A DNA stretch of 61,005 nucleotides, counting the filler, from Nitrospinae bacterium RIFCSPLOWO2_12_FULL_45_22 (GTDB taxonomy: Bacteria; 2-12-FULL-45-22): assembly GCA_001803565.1 (NCBI GenBank). It is 5 parts of 5 records of this genome, joined end to end, with 100 filler letters (N's around TTAATTAATTAA, not from the genome) between each part and the next. Parts side by side here need not be neighbours in the genome. Positions count along the whole stretch, not along the records: positions 24,027 to 35,276 come from MHDQ01000313.1; positions 35,377 to 55,274 come from MHDQ01000314.1; 3 more parts are not named here. One strand, written 5' to 3'. How positions within the stretch are numbered: the first letter of the stretch is position 1; each line of letters opens with the position of its first letter. The position numbers were made by a program, and so were the translations under genes. Below, in pieces: positions 30,921-39,657 of the stretch. The notes beneath the pieces were generated by a model. The model was not told the DNA's origin. It saw only the letters and a list, made by a program, of their open reading frames with translations, and ran no database searches.

Positions 30921-31613
30921 ATGCAAAGGAAGCTGATGTCCTTTTATTTATCGCTTGTCTTAATCATAGTGGGTTGCGGCGGCCAGGGCAGCACCAAGGG
31001 TAGTGTGACTGCGGCAGGGGCGGTGCTCGGTACAGCGGCTATGCCTGGTTTTGGAACCGCAATAGTGGCTGGGGTAGGATGGGGTGATGAGAGGGCTGTC
31101 AATGAAGGAGAGGCCCAAAGCCATAGGGAAGCGATAAGGGATGAGGTACAGAAGCAGATAGATTTGCAGCAAAAGCTCCTGGCACAAGGCCTGCACTACT
31201 CAAACATTACTGAAAACATGACCAAAGAATTTGCTTCAGAAATAGAAAAAGGCAGGTTAGCAATCTTTGATAATGGAGCAGGTTTAAATCTTTACCTTAA
31301 TGAGACCTTTTTCTTTCCCCAAGCTAAAACCCTCAGTAAAGAGGGTAGGGTTATATTCCACAAGATATATGAGAAAATATCTCCTACCCCACAGGTATTA
31401 TTTATAGTTGAAGATAGTAATGACAGCCGTAAAAATGACTCCGGACAAAATATCTGGTCTGTAGCGAGTTTTTTGCATCAAAAAATGCCCCTCAAACCCA
31501 AGCAGGTTCTGGTTAAGAGCAATGGTAAGCTGCTAAATATTTCCCGCAAGGCCGCCGCCCTTCCTCCTAAGGCTTATTCTGTTAGAATAATCCTCATTTC
31601 CCCCAGCACCTAA
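30921..31613 (+). CDS. Lipoprotein with glycine zipper and degenerate OmpA/MotB-like C-terminal domain
   Basis: Signal peptide MQRKLMSFYLSLVLIIVGC and GAVLG...GTAIVAGVG zipper. Likely start is 30921 (track start 30810). Confidence 0.6.
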   Translation: MQRKLMSFYLSLVLIIVGCGGQGSTKGSVTAAGAVLGTAAMPGFGTAIVAGVGWGDERAVNEGEAQSHREAIRDEVQKQIDLQQKLLAQGLHYSNITENMTKEFASEIEKGRLAIFDNGAGLNLYLNETFFFPQAKTLSKEGRVIFHKIYEKISPTPQVLFIVEDSNDSRKNDSGQNIWSVASFLHQKMPLKPKQVLVKSNGKLLNISRKAAALPPKAYSVRIILISPST

Positions 31614-31738
31614 GTGCTTCATTTCATAAATACAGTTACGTATTATGCCTATTTTTAACCTTTCCTGTATTCCTGGTTTCCTTATCATAAGCACTTTCTC
31701 TCAAATACGTCACCGTAATTATGGATTAGAGCACCTAA
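31611..31738. repeat. Degenerate inverted-repeat (MITE-like) element
   Basis: Ends taagtgcttcatttcataaatacagttacgtatt and aatacgtcaccgtaattatggattagagcaccta; agcacctaag occurs at both ends. Confidence 0.5.
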
Positions 31739-31867
31739 GACTTCTTTGATCATGATAGGAGCAGATGCTATTTGCCCTACCAGCTTGGTCAACAATATAG
31801 GACTAGAGGCTTGGCCCTAGCCCGATTAGCCCAAATAACAATTGATTTCAGGGCTATAAAAATTTTG

Positions 31868-31896
31868 TTGACAAAGTATTCTTTCTGGGGTATTTT
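31868..31896 (+). promoter_or_regulatory. Sigma70 promoter giving a probably leaderless TA transcript
   Basis: TTGACA-17 nt-TATTTT ending 6 nt before the ATG at 31903; no SD. Confidence 0.6.
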
Positions 31897-31902
31897 TGTA
31901 GT

Positions 31903-32133
31903 ATGAAAGTCAAGACATCTATAACCTTGTCTGAAGATTTACTGAAAGCGATCGACGAATATGCAGGGGAATACAAAAACAGGTCAGAATTCATCGAAGA
32001 TGCTGTCCGGGCTTTTATCATACAATTGATCCGCAGCCAGCAAGATGCCAGAGACCTTGAGATTATCAATCAGCATGCGGATTATTTAAACCGAGAAGCA
32101 GCGGATGTTCTTACCTATCAGGTCGCTCTGTGA
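31903..32133 (+). CDS. Ribbon-helix-helix (CopG-like) antitoxin
   Basis: [13 protein letters not shown].......RSEFIE.A pattern; overlaps the toxin start (GTGA). Confidence 0.88.
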   Translation: MKVKTSITLSEDLLKAIDEYAGEYKNRSEFIEDAVRAFIIQLIRSQQDARDLEIINQHADYLNREAADVLTYQVAL

Positions 32134-32468
32134 AACGTGGTGAATTGTATCGTGTTGTTAACCCTTCAGCCAAGGATCCCAAAAAATCCAGAGTCTTTGT
32201 TGTTGTAAGTCGCCAAGTTCTCATCGATTCTCGTTTCTCCACAGTCATTTGCGCCCCGATTTATTCAGCTCATGACGGTCTTTCCACTCAAGTCATAGTT
32301 GGGGTGGATGAGGGATTGAAGCATGATAACACTGTTCACTGCGATGAGCTTGTGAGTTTGCCTAAGTCGCTTCTGACCAACTTTGTCGGATCGCTCTCTC
32401 CACAAAAAACCGAAGAGCTTAATAGGGCTCTAAGTATAGCCTTGGATATTCGGGATTTAAAGGGCTAA
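32130..32468 (+). CDS. PemK/MazF-family toxin
   Basis: MKRGELY.V.......K.R.FVVVS, VICAPI and VG.L......L..AL motifs. Confidence 0.9.
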   Translation: MKRGELYRVVNPSAKDPKKSRVFVVVSRQVLIDSRFSTVICAPIYSAHDGLSTQVIVGVDEGLKHDNTVHCDELVSLPKSLLTNFVGSLSPQKTEELNRALSIALDIRDLKG

Positions 32469-32553
32469 CAAGTCAGTCAAGCTGACGTCGTGGAGCGTGG
32501 TTTGCTTTTTCTGGAGGGACAGCGGTCGGCGCGGCTGACTTCCGTTGTTATAC
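32463..32553 (+). other. attC integron recombination site
   Basis: GGCTAAC overlaps the toxin stop, inner arms aagtcagtc and ggctgactt, ends GTTATAC. A matching TTAGCCC lies at 31826-31832 upstream of the TA promoter. Confidence 0.85.
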
Positions 32554-32602
32554 GGAAAGATTTCTCACGGCGCTCGAAATGACAAAGAACCTGAACTGTT
32601 AC
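32553..32602. mobile_element. Right half only of the 21410/57173 MITE
   Basis: ggaaagatttctcacggcgctcgaaatgacaaagaacctgaactgttac matches the 3' half of copy A. Confidence 0.75.
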
Positions 32603-32609
32603 GAATTTT

Positions 32610-35159
32610 TTATGCCTTATAAATTCTTACTTTTTGGCATAGATCCAGATTATTGGTGGGCATATCAGTATGCTCCAGGTCAATGGGCTGGAGCTCGCAT
32701 ACCCGCGCCCCTTTGCCTTTGGCAATCGGGAGCCCTTCTGCCCAATGGCCACAATTATTAGCTATCCCCAGGGCCTCGGGATGGATCCCTTCGGTCAACC
32801 TGACCCGCCCTTTTATCTTATAGCCATCTATGGATTCTATCCAGATCAGGTCACCATCTCTTATACTACGCCTTTTCCCTTCGCCGGCATTGATGACTAC
32901 ATAGTAAGTCCAGGGGTCCAGCTCTGAAAGCTCATTCAGCCAGGGGTTCTCCATAGTCCAGGAGAAGGTATGCCAGGCTACCCGATAATAGAAGGCATAG
33001 AAATCATATCCCGCTTGCTCCACCAAATGCGATGGGCAAGGCTTCCAATCGGGCAAAGGCTGATAATCGCTGATATCCCAGTTGATACCCAACTCGCTGG
33101 TAATCTTCTTGATATCTTCCCCTACCCGTAAAAAGTATTCAAAATAGATAGGTATCCGGACATCCACAAAGGCCCGCCAATAGACTTCTTCTACCTTCTT
33201 AGGCCATTTGATCAGGCCATGCTCCTTGAACCACTCTAGCCCATGCCCTGGTCCAAAATATGACTTGGCCCACCGGTCTACAACCTCTTCCCAGGAATAT
33301 TTGCCATTGGGCTCCAGCATATATGGCCCGGTTAGACCACCAGCAAAATTGATCACAGCATAAAAATCCTCCAGGAACCCTATCCGCTCAGCCAATTCTA
33401 ATAAGACCTCATTAGATGATCGGATACTGGCAGGTGGTTCAACTACTGGCTGTCTTATCTGCCAGGCCCATTCCCCTCGGCCGCCCGGGAAGTTGAAGAT
33501 AAGGTTGTTTATCGGGTAAGTATCGAGTCGTTCCAGATAGCAGGCATCAGGCAAGACAATATCAGAAAAGTCAGTAGTCTCATCCAGGGTGAGGTTAAAA
33601 GAGACAATGAAAGGGATATTTTTGAGGAAATTAGCTATTATCTGAGGATTACCCAGGCTGAACAAGAGATTAGAGCCAAAGTTTATCATAACCCCGGCAC
33701 CATAGGGCACCCCCCATTTCTCTGGATCCAGGACAGTTAAGACCGGCATGTATGAGCCAATGGCCAGGGGAAGAAATTCTGATAGGGTAAGGGATTCCGG
33801 CGATTTGACTTCGCCCGGGGGGAAGGGCACCGTCGGTACTACCCAGGTCCCAGTGACCATAAGACCATCCGGGCCGGGCTTAGGGATATAATTGGGCCGG
33901 CCCGTCTCTGGATGACCATGACATACCGGGTTAGTACCCAGGATCCCACCCGGGACATCACATGCCCCCATCAATAAGTTTAACAATTCCAGGGACATAC
34001 AGGTAAGGAGGGAGTGTTTATGGCCCTGGGCCCCTTTAAAATATACAATGGCTGCGGGCCGGTAAGGCAGCTCCTTGCCCTCGATATTAATGGTGCTACC
34101 GATGCGGGCTGCCTGGCCAAATTCCTGTGCCAGCCGCCGGATGGTATGGGCCGGTATGGTAGTTATTTTGGCGGCCTCTTCTGCGGTATATGGTTTTATA
34201 TGATCTTTTAGCTTCTGGAAGGCAGGCTGCGCTTGAATCCCCTGGATTTCATAGCTCCCTTCCAGGGCATAATCCTTTATTGAAGGATCATCATAGACCT
34301 TCGCCTTGCCCTCAACGGTATCCCATACCAGGGGCTTGCCAGTCTCTTTATCCCTAAGATAATAGCCATCAGGTCTGATCAGATACGGGGCATTAGTATG
34401 GGTTTTGAGATGTTCGGCATCATAAATACCCAGCTCATTAACCAGGGTGTTAATCATAGCCAGGGCCAATGCTGCATCTGTCCCTACCTTTATCGGTATC
34501 CATTCATCGGCTTTTTCGGCCGCTGCATTGAGCATGGGGTCTACTACTACTACCTTCATACCCCGCACCCGGGCATCAGCACACCTCTGGGATATAGTAC
34601 TGAAGCTGTAATAGGTCGCAAAACCGATATTGCAGCCAAATATTATAAGATAATTACAATGGTCGTAATCCGGTATCTTGTTCCAGGAGGCATGGAGCAG
34701 GCAGGAGAAGAGGTGCTCTCCATTGCCGCAATGGATACCAGCACCCGAAGGGTACCAGTTAGGCGTGCCGAAGGCGGTAGCAAAACAGAGCGAGTTTAGC
34801 ATAGGCCCTACATTGGCTACTGAACCGGTTATTATTAACTTCCTGGGGTCTTCCTGCCTTACCATCCGAAGCCCCTCTGCGATAGTGTCCAGGGCCTCTG
34901 CCCAATCAATCTCTACCCACTTAGGGTCTATCCCAATCCCTTTCTCTGGATTGCTCCTTTTTAAAGGTCTTTTAACCCGGTAAGGGTCATAAAGGGTCAT
35001 TATGCCCGAAAGACCCTTGGGGCATAAGCGGCCCAGGCCGGCAGGACTATTGGGATTTCCTTCAATCTTCACCAGGGTCCCATCCACCTGGTGTGCCATT
35101 ATCCCGCAACTGTTATAACACATACTGCATGCCGAGGGTATCCAGGTACCTTTATCCAT
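32610..35159 (-). CDS. Mo/W-bisPGD (DMSO reductase family) oxidoreductase catalytic subunit, cytoplasmic
   Basis: CSMCYNSC...RLCPKG FS0 motif, GTDAALALA, SDIVLPDA.YLER and a C-terminal molydop-binding domain; no twin-arginine leader. Confidence 0.92.
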   Translation of the reverse strand: MDKGTWIPSACSMCYNSCGIMAHQVDGTLVKIEGNPNSPAGLGRLCPKGLSGIMTLYDPYRVKRPLKRSNPEKGIGIDPKWVEIDWAEALDTIAEGLRMVRQEDPRKLIITGSVANVGPMLNSLCFATAFGTPNWYPSGAGIHCGNGEHLFSCLLHASWNKIPDYDHCNYLIIFGCNIGFATYYSFSTISQRCADARVRGMKVVVVDPMLNAAAEKADEWIPIKVGTDAALALAMINTLVNELGIYDAEHLKTHTNAPYLIRPDGYYLRDKETGKPLVWDTVEGKAKVYDDPSIKDYALEGSYEIQGIQAQPAFQKLKDHIKPYTAEEAAKITTIPAHTIRRLAQEFGQAARIGSTINIEGKELPYRPAAIVYFKGAQGHKHSLLTCMSLELLNLLMGACDVPGGILGTNPVCHGHPETGRPNYIPKPGPDGLMVTGTWVVPTVPFPPGEVKSPESLTLSEFLPLAIGSYMPVLTVLDPEKWGVPYGAGVMINFGSNLLFSLGNPQIIANFLKNIPFIVSFNLTLDETTDFSDIVLPDACYLERLDTYPINNLIFNFPGGRGEWAWQIRQPVVEPPASIRSSNEVLLELAERIGFLEDFYAVINFAGGLTGPYMLEPNGKYSWEEVVDRWAKSYFGPGHGLEWFKEHGLIKWPKKVEEVYWRAFVDVRIPIYFEYFLRVGEDIKKITSELGINWDISDYQPLPDWKPCPSHLVEQAGYDFYAFYYRVAWHTFSWTMENPWLNELSELDPWTYYVVINAGEGKRRSIRDGDLIWIESIDGYKIKGRVRLTEGIHPEALGIANNCGHWAEGLPIAKGKGARVCELQPIDLEHTDMPTNNLDLCQKVRIYKA

Positions 35160-35181
35160 AGCTTAACTCCTCTTATATTTA

Positions 35182-35276
35182 TTAAAGGTTCAACAGTCTT
35201 TGGGCATTGCCGCCCAGTATGGCTTCTATTTCCTCCTGGCTAAAGTTAATACCCGGGGGGGCATTTTGGGGTAAGT
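35182..35276 (-). CDS. C-terminal end of an amidohydrolase-family protein (partial)
   Basis: Translation ...FSQEEIEAILGGNAQRLLNL* has the typical ILG.NA.RLL amidohydrolase_2 tail. Confidence 0.65.
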
Positions 35277-35376
35277 NNNNNNNNNNNNNNNNNNNNNNNN
35301 NNNNNNNNNNNNNNNNNNNNTTAATTAATTAANNNNNNNNNNNNNNNNNNNNNNNNNNNNNNNNNNNNNNNNNNNN
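35277..35376. other. Artificial contig spacer
   Basis: N44-TTAATTAATTAA-N44. Confidence 0.98.
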
Positions 35377-35512
35377 ATTTCCACTTTTCTGTTCTTGTAA
35401 ATCATCTGTTCCTGGTAGAAGATAAATTTTGGCGAATGTCCAGATTTTTTAATGATGAAAATTTAGAGAAAATAGAGCAAAATATAAAAACGATCACCAG
35501 GAGGAGGAATTT

Positions 35513-36469
35513 ATGGTAAAGTCTCAAATCCTTGAGCTGATTATTGTTGGTGCTGGCCCGGCAGGGTTGGGAGCGGCTTATGCTGCTAAGAAGCAAGGGT
35601 TCAGCTATCGGGTCTTGGAAGCGGGTAAGATTGTAAATACAGTTCATGAATTCCCCCTCAATAAAACTCTCTTTTCTCAACCGGAGGAGTTGGAACTCGA
35701 AAAAGGGAGCTTCCTATGCCTTAATAAACACCCTACCAGGGAAGAAACCATTGCTTACTATACTAATTTTGCCAGGGAAAATCAACTAGAAATAGAGACT
35801 TACAATCAGGTAGTAGATATTACCAAACAAGGTGATCTCTTTGAAGTCCATTCTGAAAAAAGTATTTATCTATGCCGTTATGTCATTGTTTGTATAGGCG
35901 TAAATGCCATTCCGAGGAGGTTAGGGGTACCGGGAGAGGATTTGTCCAAGGTATCCCACCGGTTCTGGAAAGCTGATCCATATCGTTATAAGAAGATACT
36001 GGTAGTGGGTGGTGGCGATTCCGCCCTGGAGACGGCCCTTTCCTTGTGCCAGGTAGAAGCAGAGGTTTCCTTGTCATATCGCCGTGCCCGGTTTGTTAGA
36101 CCCCAAAAGATAAACCTGCTCCCCTTTTTAGAGAGAGTAGAAGGTGGCTTGATAAAGGTATTGTTCGAAACTGTGGTAAAGGAGATACGGCTTAAATCTG
36201 TTATCCTTCAGAGGAAGAGTGAGAGTGGGAGAGAGGAGGAATTGCTCAATGATTTTATTTTCCTCATGACTGGTACAGAACCAGCCCTGGATTTCCTTTC
36301 CCGTATTGGTATAGAGATCAGAGGCCGGTATCCAGTCTATGATGAAGAGACCTTTGAGACTAGAATAAGCGGTTTGTATCTGGCGGGCCACATTACTAAA
36401 CAAAGATTTATTAAAAATGCCTTAGACCATGGCCCCAAAATTATAGAGCAACTGCCTAGTTATGCCTAA
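35513..36469 (+). CDS. FAD/NAD(P)-dependent disulfide oxidoreductase, YpdA/TrxB-like
   Basis: GAGPAG, PTREE...YY, VVGGGDSA.E.A and TFET...GLYLAG motifs; lacks the TrxB CxxC. Confidence 0.85.
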   Translation: MVKSQILELIIVGAGPAGLGAAYAAKKQGFSYRVLEAGKIVNTVHEFPLNKTLFSQPEELELEKGSFLCLNKHPTREETIAYYTNFARENQLEIETYNQVVDITKQGDLFEVHSEKSIYLCRYVIVCIGVNAIPRRLGVPGEDLSKVSHRFWKADPYRYKKILVVGGGDSALETALSLCQVEAEVSLSYRRARFVRPQKINLLPFLERVEGGLIKVLFETVVKEIRLKSVILQRKSESGREEELLNDFIFLMTGTEPALDFLSRIGIEIRGRYPVYDEETFETRISGLYLAGHITKQRFIKNALDHGPKIIEQLPSYA

Positions 36470-36509
36470 CTGTATTTATGAAATGAACTGCTAAGGAGGG
36501 ATGAAAACG

Positions 36510-36680
36510 ATGGTCGAGAAAGAGAAGCTTTGTCCTATATGCGGCAAGAAAGGAGAGTTTAAGGGATTTGCCTGTGATCCTTGTCAGGACAAGATCAGGC
36601 GAGAAGCATTAGGAGAGAGGCAAAAGATCAAAGCGGAAGCGGATAAAGAGATCAAAAAATATGGCGGAAAAGGTGACTAG
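36510..36680 (+). CDS. 56-aa protein with CxxC...CxxC metal-binding motif (not in the ORF track)
   Basis: SD aaggaggg; MVEKEKLCPICGKKGEFKGFACDPCQDKIRREALGERQKIKAEADKEIKKYGGKGD*. Confidence 0.75.
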   Translation: MVEKEKLCPICGKKGEFKGFACDPCQDKIRREALGERQKIKAEADKEIKKYGGKGD

Positions 36681-36688
36681 CAGCTCCC

Positions 36689-37717
36689 TCAAGAAACACA
36701 TACCTTGCTCCAGAGCTTAAAATTCTCCAGGACTATGCCGGAACCCCGGACAATGGCCCTGAGGGGGTCTTCAGCCAGGAAAAATTTCAACCCAATTTCT
36801 TTGTTTAATCGCTCCGGTAAACCCCGGAGTAATGAGCCACCACCAGCCAGCATTACCCCTCTATCATAGATATCTGAGGCCAATTCAGGTGTAGTCTTAT
36901 CCAGCGTACGGCGGATAGAATCCACAATAGCCACTACAGGTATATCCAGGCTTTCCCTTATCATATCATCAGTAATAGTCATTATCTTAGGGATCCCTTC
37001 AATTATATCTCTACCTCTGATCTGGCATTCCAACTTCTCTTTTTGGGGAAACGTTGTCCCAATTTCTATCTTAACCCTCTCTGCTTCAAAAGGGCCAACT
37101 TGTAAGTGATATTGATGCCGCATAAAGTGCATAATGGCCTCGTCCATCTCATCTCCCGCCACTCTAATAGATTCAGAGGTGGCAATAGCGGAGGAGGCAA
37201 TTACCGCTACCTCAGTAGTACCACCACCTATATCTACCACCATATTACCTTTGGGGCCATTAATTGGCAGGTTAGAGCCAATAGCCGCTGCCATGGGTTC
37301 TTCTATGAGAAAGACCTTCCTGGCGCCGGATTGATCGGCAGAGTCAATAACGGCTCGCTTCTCTACCTGCGTTATTCCTGATGGTATACAGATTACCATG
37401 CGGGGGTGTATGAGTGGTCTTCTTCGTAATATCTGTCTTATAAAATAGCTTATCATCAGCTTGGTCACATCAAAGTCGGCAATCACCCCATCTTTCATGG
37501 GCCTAATGGTTTTTATATGTCCTGGGGTCTTGCCATACATCTCCTTAGCGGCGCTACCTACTGCTAAGACCTGGCCGTCCCTCTCAGAAATAGCTACCAT
37601 AGAAGGTTCGTCTAAGACCAGACCCCTGCCTTTAACATGAACCAGCGTATTAGCAGTGCCCAGATCTATCGCTAAGTCGTTAGATAATAAGTTTAAGAGA
37701 GATGATCCCCACCCCAT
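36689..37717 (-). CDS. mreB: Second MreB paralog (outside the mreBCD operon)
   Basis: [28 protein letters not shown] and VDIGGGTTE motifs. Confidence 0.93.
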   Translation of the reverse strand: MGWGSSLLNLLSNDLAIDLGTANTLVHVKGRGLVLDEPSMVAISERDGQVLAVGSAAKEMYGKTPGHIKTIRPMKDGVIADFDVTKLMISYFIRQILRRRPLIHPRMVICIPSGITQVEKRAVIDSADQSGARKVFLIEEPMAAAIGSNLPINGPKGNMVVDIGGGTTEVAVIASSAIATSESIRVAGDEMDEAIMHFMRHQYHLQVGPFEAERVKIEIGTTFPQKEKLECQIRGRDIIEGIPKIMTITDDMIRESLDIPVVAIVDSIRRTLDKTTPELASDIYDRGVMLAGGGSLLRGLPERLNKEIGLKFFLAEDPLRAIVRGSGIVLENFKLWSKVCVS

Positions 37718-37729
37718 ATAATCTGCTCC

Positions 37730-39214
37730 TTATGCCGATAAGGTTGAAATAAAAGAATCTGCTAGTACCCGATTTTTACCTTTAAATTTATCAAGGTTAT
37801 TCGAATTGAAGCTAGTGATAGATCTGAACAGATGCGCCTGTATATCATGTTTATTCCTGGAAGGAAGCAGAGGAGTGATTCCGATGGTCACGGTAAGATG
37901 TATTTCTTTGTTGCAGACCAATAGAATAGTCTCTTCCACTACCTTTCTGATATACTCGGCATGTTTGTAAGCTGCTTCGCTATCGGTTTGAGCTAGGGCC
38001 AAAAGAAAACCATCACTGACAGAGCGAGAAACTAGGTCTTCATCCTTTGCCGTCATTAGCAGTATCTGGGCAATTTGTTTAGTGGCTTCTTCGCAAATAG
38101 TGTGACTGTAACGGTTTCCTAATTGCTCAAGATTATCCGGCTCAATAATCAATAATTGATAATCTATTCCTTGAGCCAATTTATCTGAAATGGTCTTGAC
38201 GAATTGCCGGAAGTTATAAATACCAGTAGAAGGGTCCAAAGAACCCAGGGTTTGCCGCTCCTCCTTCATGGTGGCATAAGCCAGGGCCATAGCTGCCTGG
38301 GTAGCTATTAATGAACCTACCTGCAGATGCTGGTCATTGAAGCATGCTGACTTATTGCTCAAAAAACCCCATCCCCCCAGGACCTTCCTATCAGCGGTCA
38401 GAGGGATTCCTAAAAAAGAATTTACCTTCATCTGGGGTTCGTTGGGGCAAAGGATATAGGTCTTACCTGGATAGCCTTTTAATTCCACCAGTTTCAACGG
38501 GGATGCATTCTTTATTACCCATCCTACCAGGCTCTGAGAAAGGGATACAGTGATACCTTTTAGTTTATGGAGGCCCTCCCCGGCCGTTTTAACTATGGAG
38601 TAAGACCCATTAATCTTGTCTAATAAGACTACCAGCAAGCCTTCATAGGGTATAATTTTATTGCTGAGCGATCCTAAAAAGTCTAATACCCACGGCCTTT
38701 CCGGATGGCTACACAATCCCTGGCTCATTTCTAATAATGTTATTATATCTAATGTTATTATATCTTTATCATTGTCCTTATTTTCAGACTGATGCCCAGT
38801 TAAGAGTCTAGCAAACTCCTGGGCAAAGCCCGTTAAAATCTTTTCTACTTTAGAGGTAAAAACATAATGTCTTTTACTATCTATACACAATACCCCGGTT
38901 AACTCATTTAGCTCTACAGGAACAGCCAAAAAAGACTTTATCTCTTCATCGTGGGAATATAACTGGAGAGTTTTAGTATCCCGTTGGAATTCTGAAACAT
39001 TCAGATTTTGTCTGGTTTGGGCTACCCAGCCAATTAACCCATGACCTATCTGAATAGTAGCACCTTTCTGGATATGGTGACTGAGGGAATGGAAAGAAGT
39101 CAATTTTAGGACTGTCCCTGCCTCGTTGGGCAAGAAAAGGGCCGCGGTAAAGGCATCAGTCACATTACTTACCAGTCTGATGAGACTATCAAGACCTTTT
39201 TGGGAATTTATCAT
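37730..39214 (-). CDS. GAF-GAF protein with degenerate GGDEF-like domain
   Basis: Two GAF repeats (GLIGWV...SFLAVP and SLVGWV...SFLGIPL). DPSTGIYN and LTVTIGI flank RSVSDGF, which replaces RxGG(D/E)EF. Confidence 0.82.
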   Translation of the reverse strand: MINSQKGLDSLIRLVSNVTDAFTAALFLPNEAGTVLKLTSFHSLSHHIQKGATIQIGHGLIGWVAQTRQNLNVSEFQRDTKTLQLYSHDEEIKSFLAVPVELNELTGVLCIDSKRHYVFTSKVEKILTGFAQEFARLLTGHQSENKDNDKDIITLDIITLLEMSQGLCSHPERPWVLDFLGSLSNKIIPYEGLLVVLLDKINGSYSIVKTAGEGLHKLKGITVSLSQSLVGWVIKNASPLKLVELKGYPGKTYILCPNEPQMKVNSFLGIPLTADRKVLGGWGFLSNKSACFNDQHLQVGSLIATQAAMALAYATMKEERQTLGSLDPSTGIYNFRQFVKTISDKLAQGIDYQLLIIEPDNLEQLGNRYSHTICEEATKQIAQILLMTAKDEDLVSRSVSDGFLLALAQTDSEAAYKHAEYIRKVVEETILLVCNKEIHLTVTIGITPLLPSRNKHDIQAHLFRSITSFNSNNLDKFKGKNRVLADSFISTLSA

Positions 39215-39657
39215 TCAGGCAGCAAAACCCCCTGTTCTGGTTCCAGAGCTATTTACTCCACCGCGCCAAAAAAATCAAAAAAATATATGATTTATGTGAT
39301 AATGTAATGCAAATCCTCTTTTCCTGTCAATAAAAAATTGCTATAGAGATGTTGTTTGAACATAAATTAACCGCAAAGGCACTAAGATCGCAAAGGTTTT
39401 ACAAGATTTTCAACAATAGCAGTCCCCATAATAATGTCATCCTGCCTGCCTGATCGACAGACAGGAACTTGATTCAGGATTGGTTTGCTAGTTCATCTTC
39501 TTCACACAAAGGCACGAAAGATCACGAAGACACGAAAATGGATTAAGTTATCTTACCTCCGTGTTTATGCTTTCGTGCCTTTGGATTGTTTCGTGTTTTC
39601 GTGTTCCTTCTCTGGTCAATCTTCGCGCCCTTTGCGTCTTGGCGGTTCTATTTTAAC

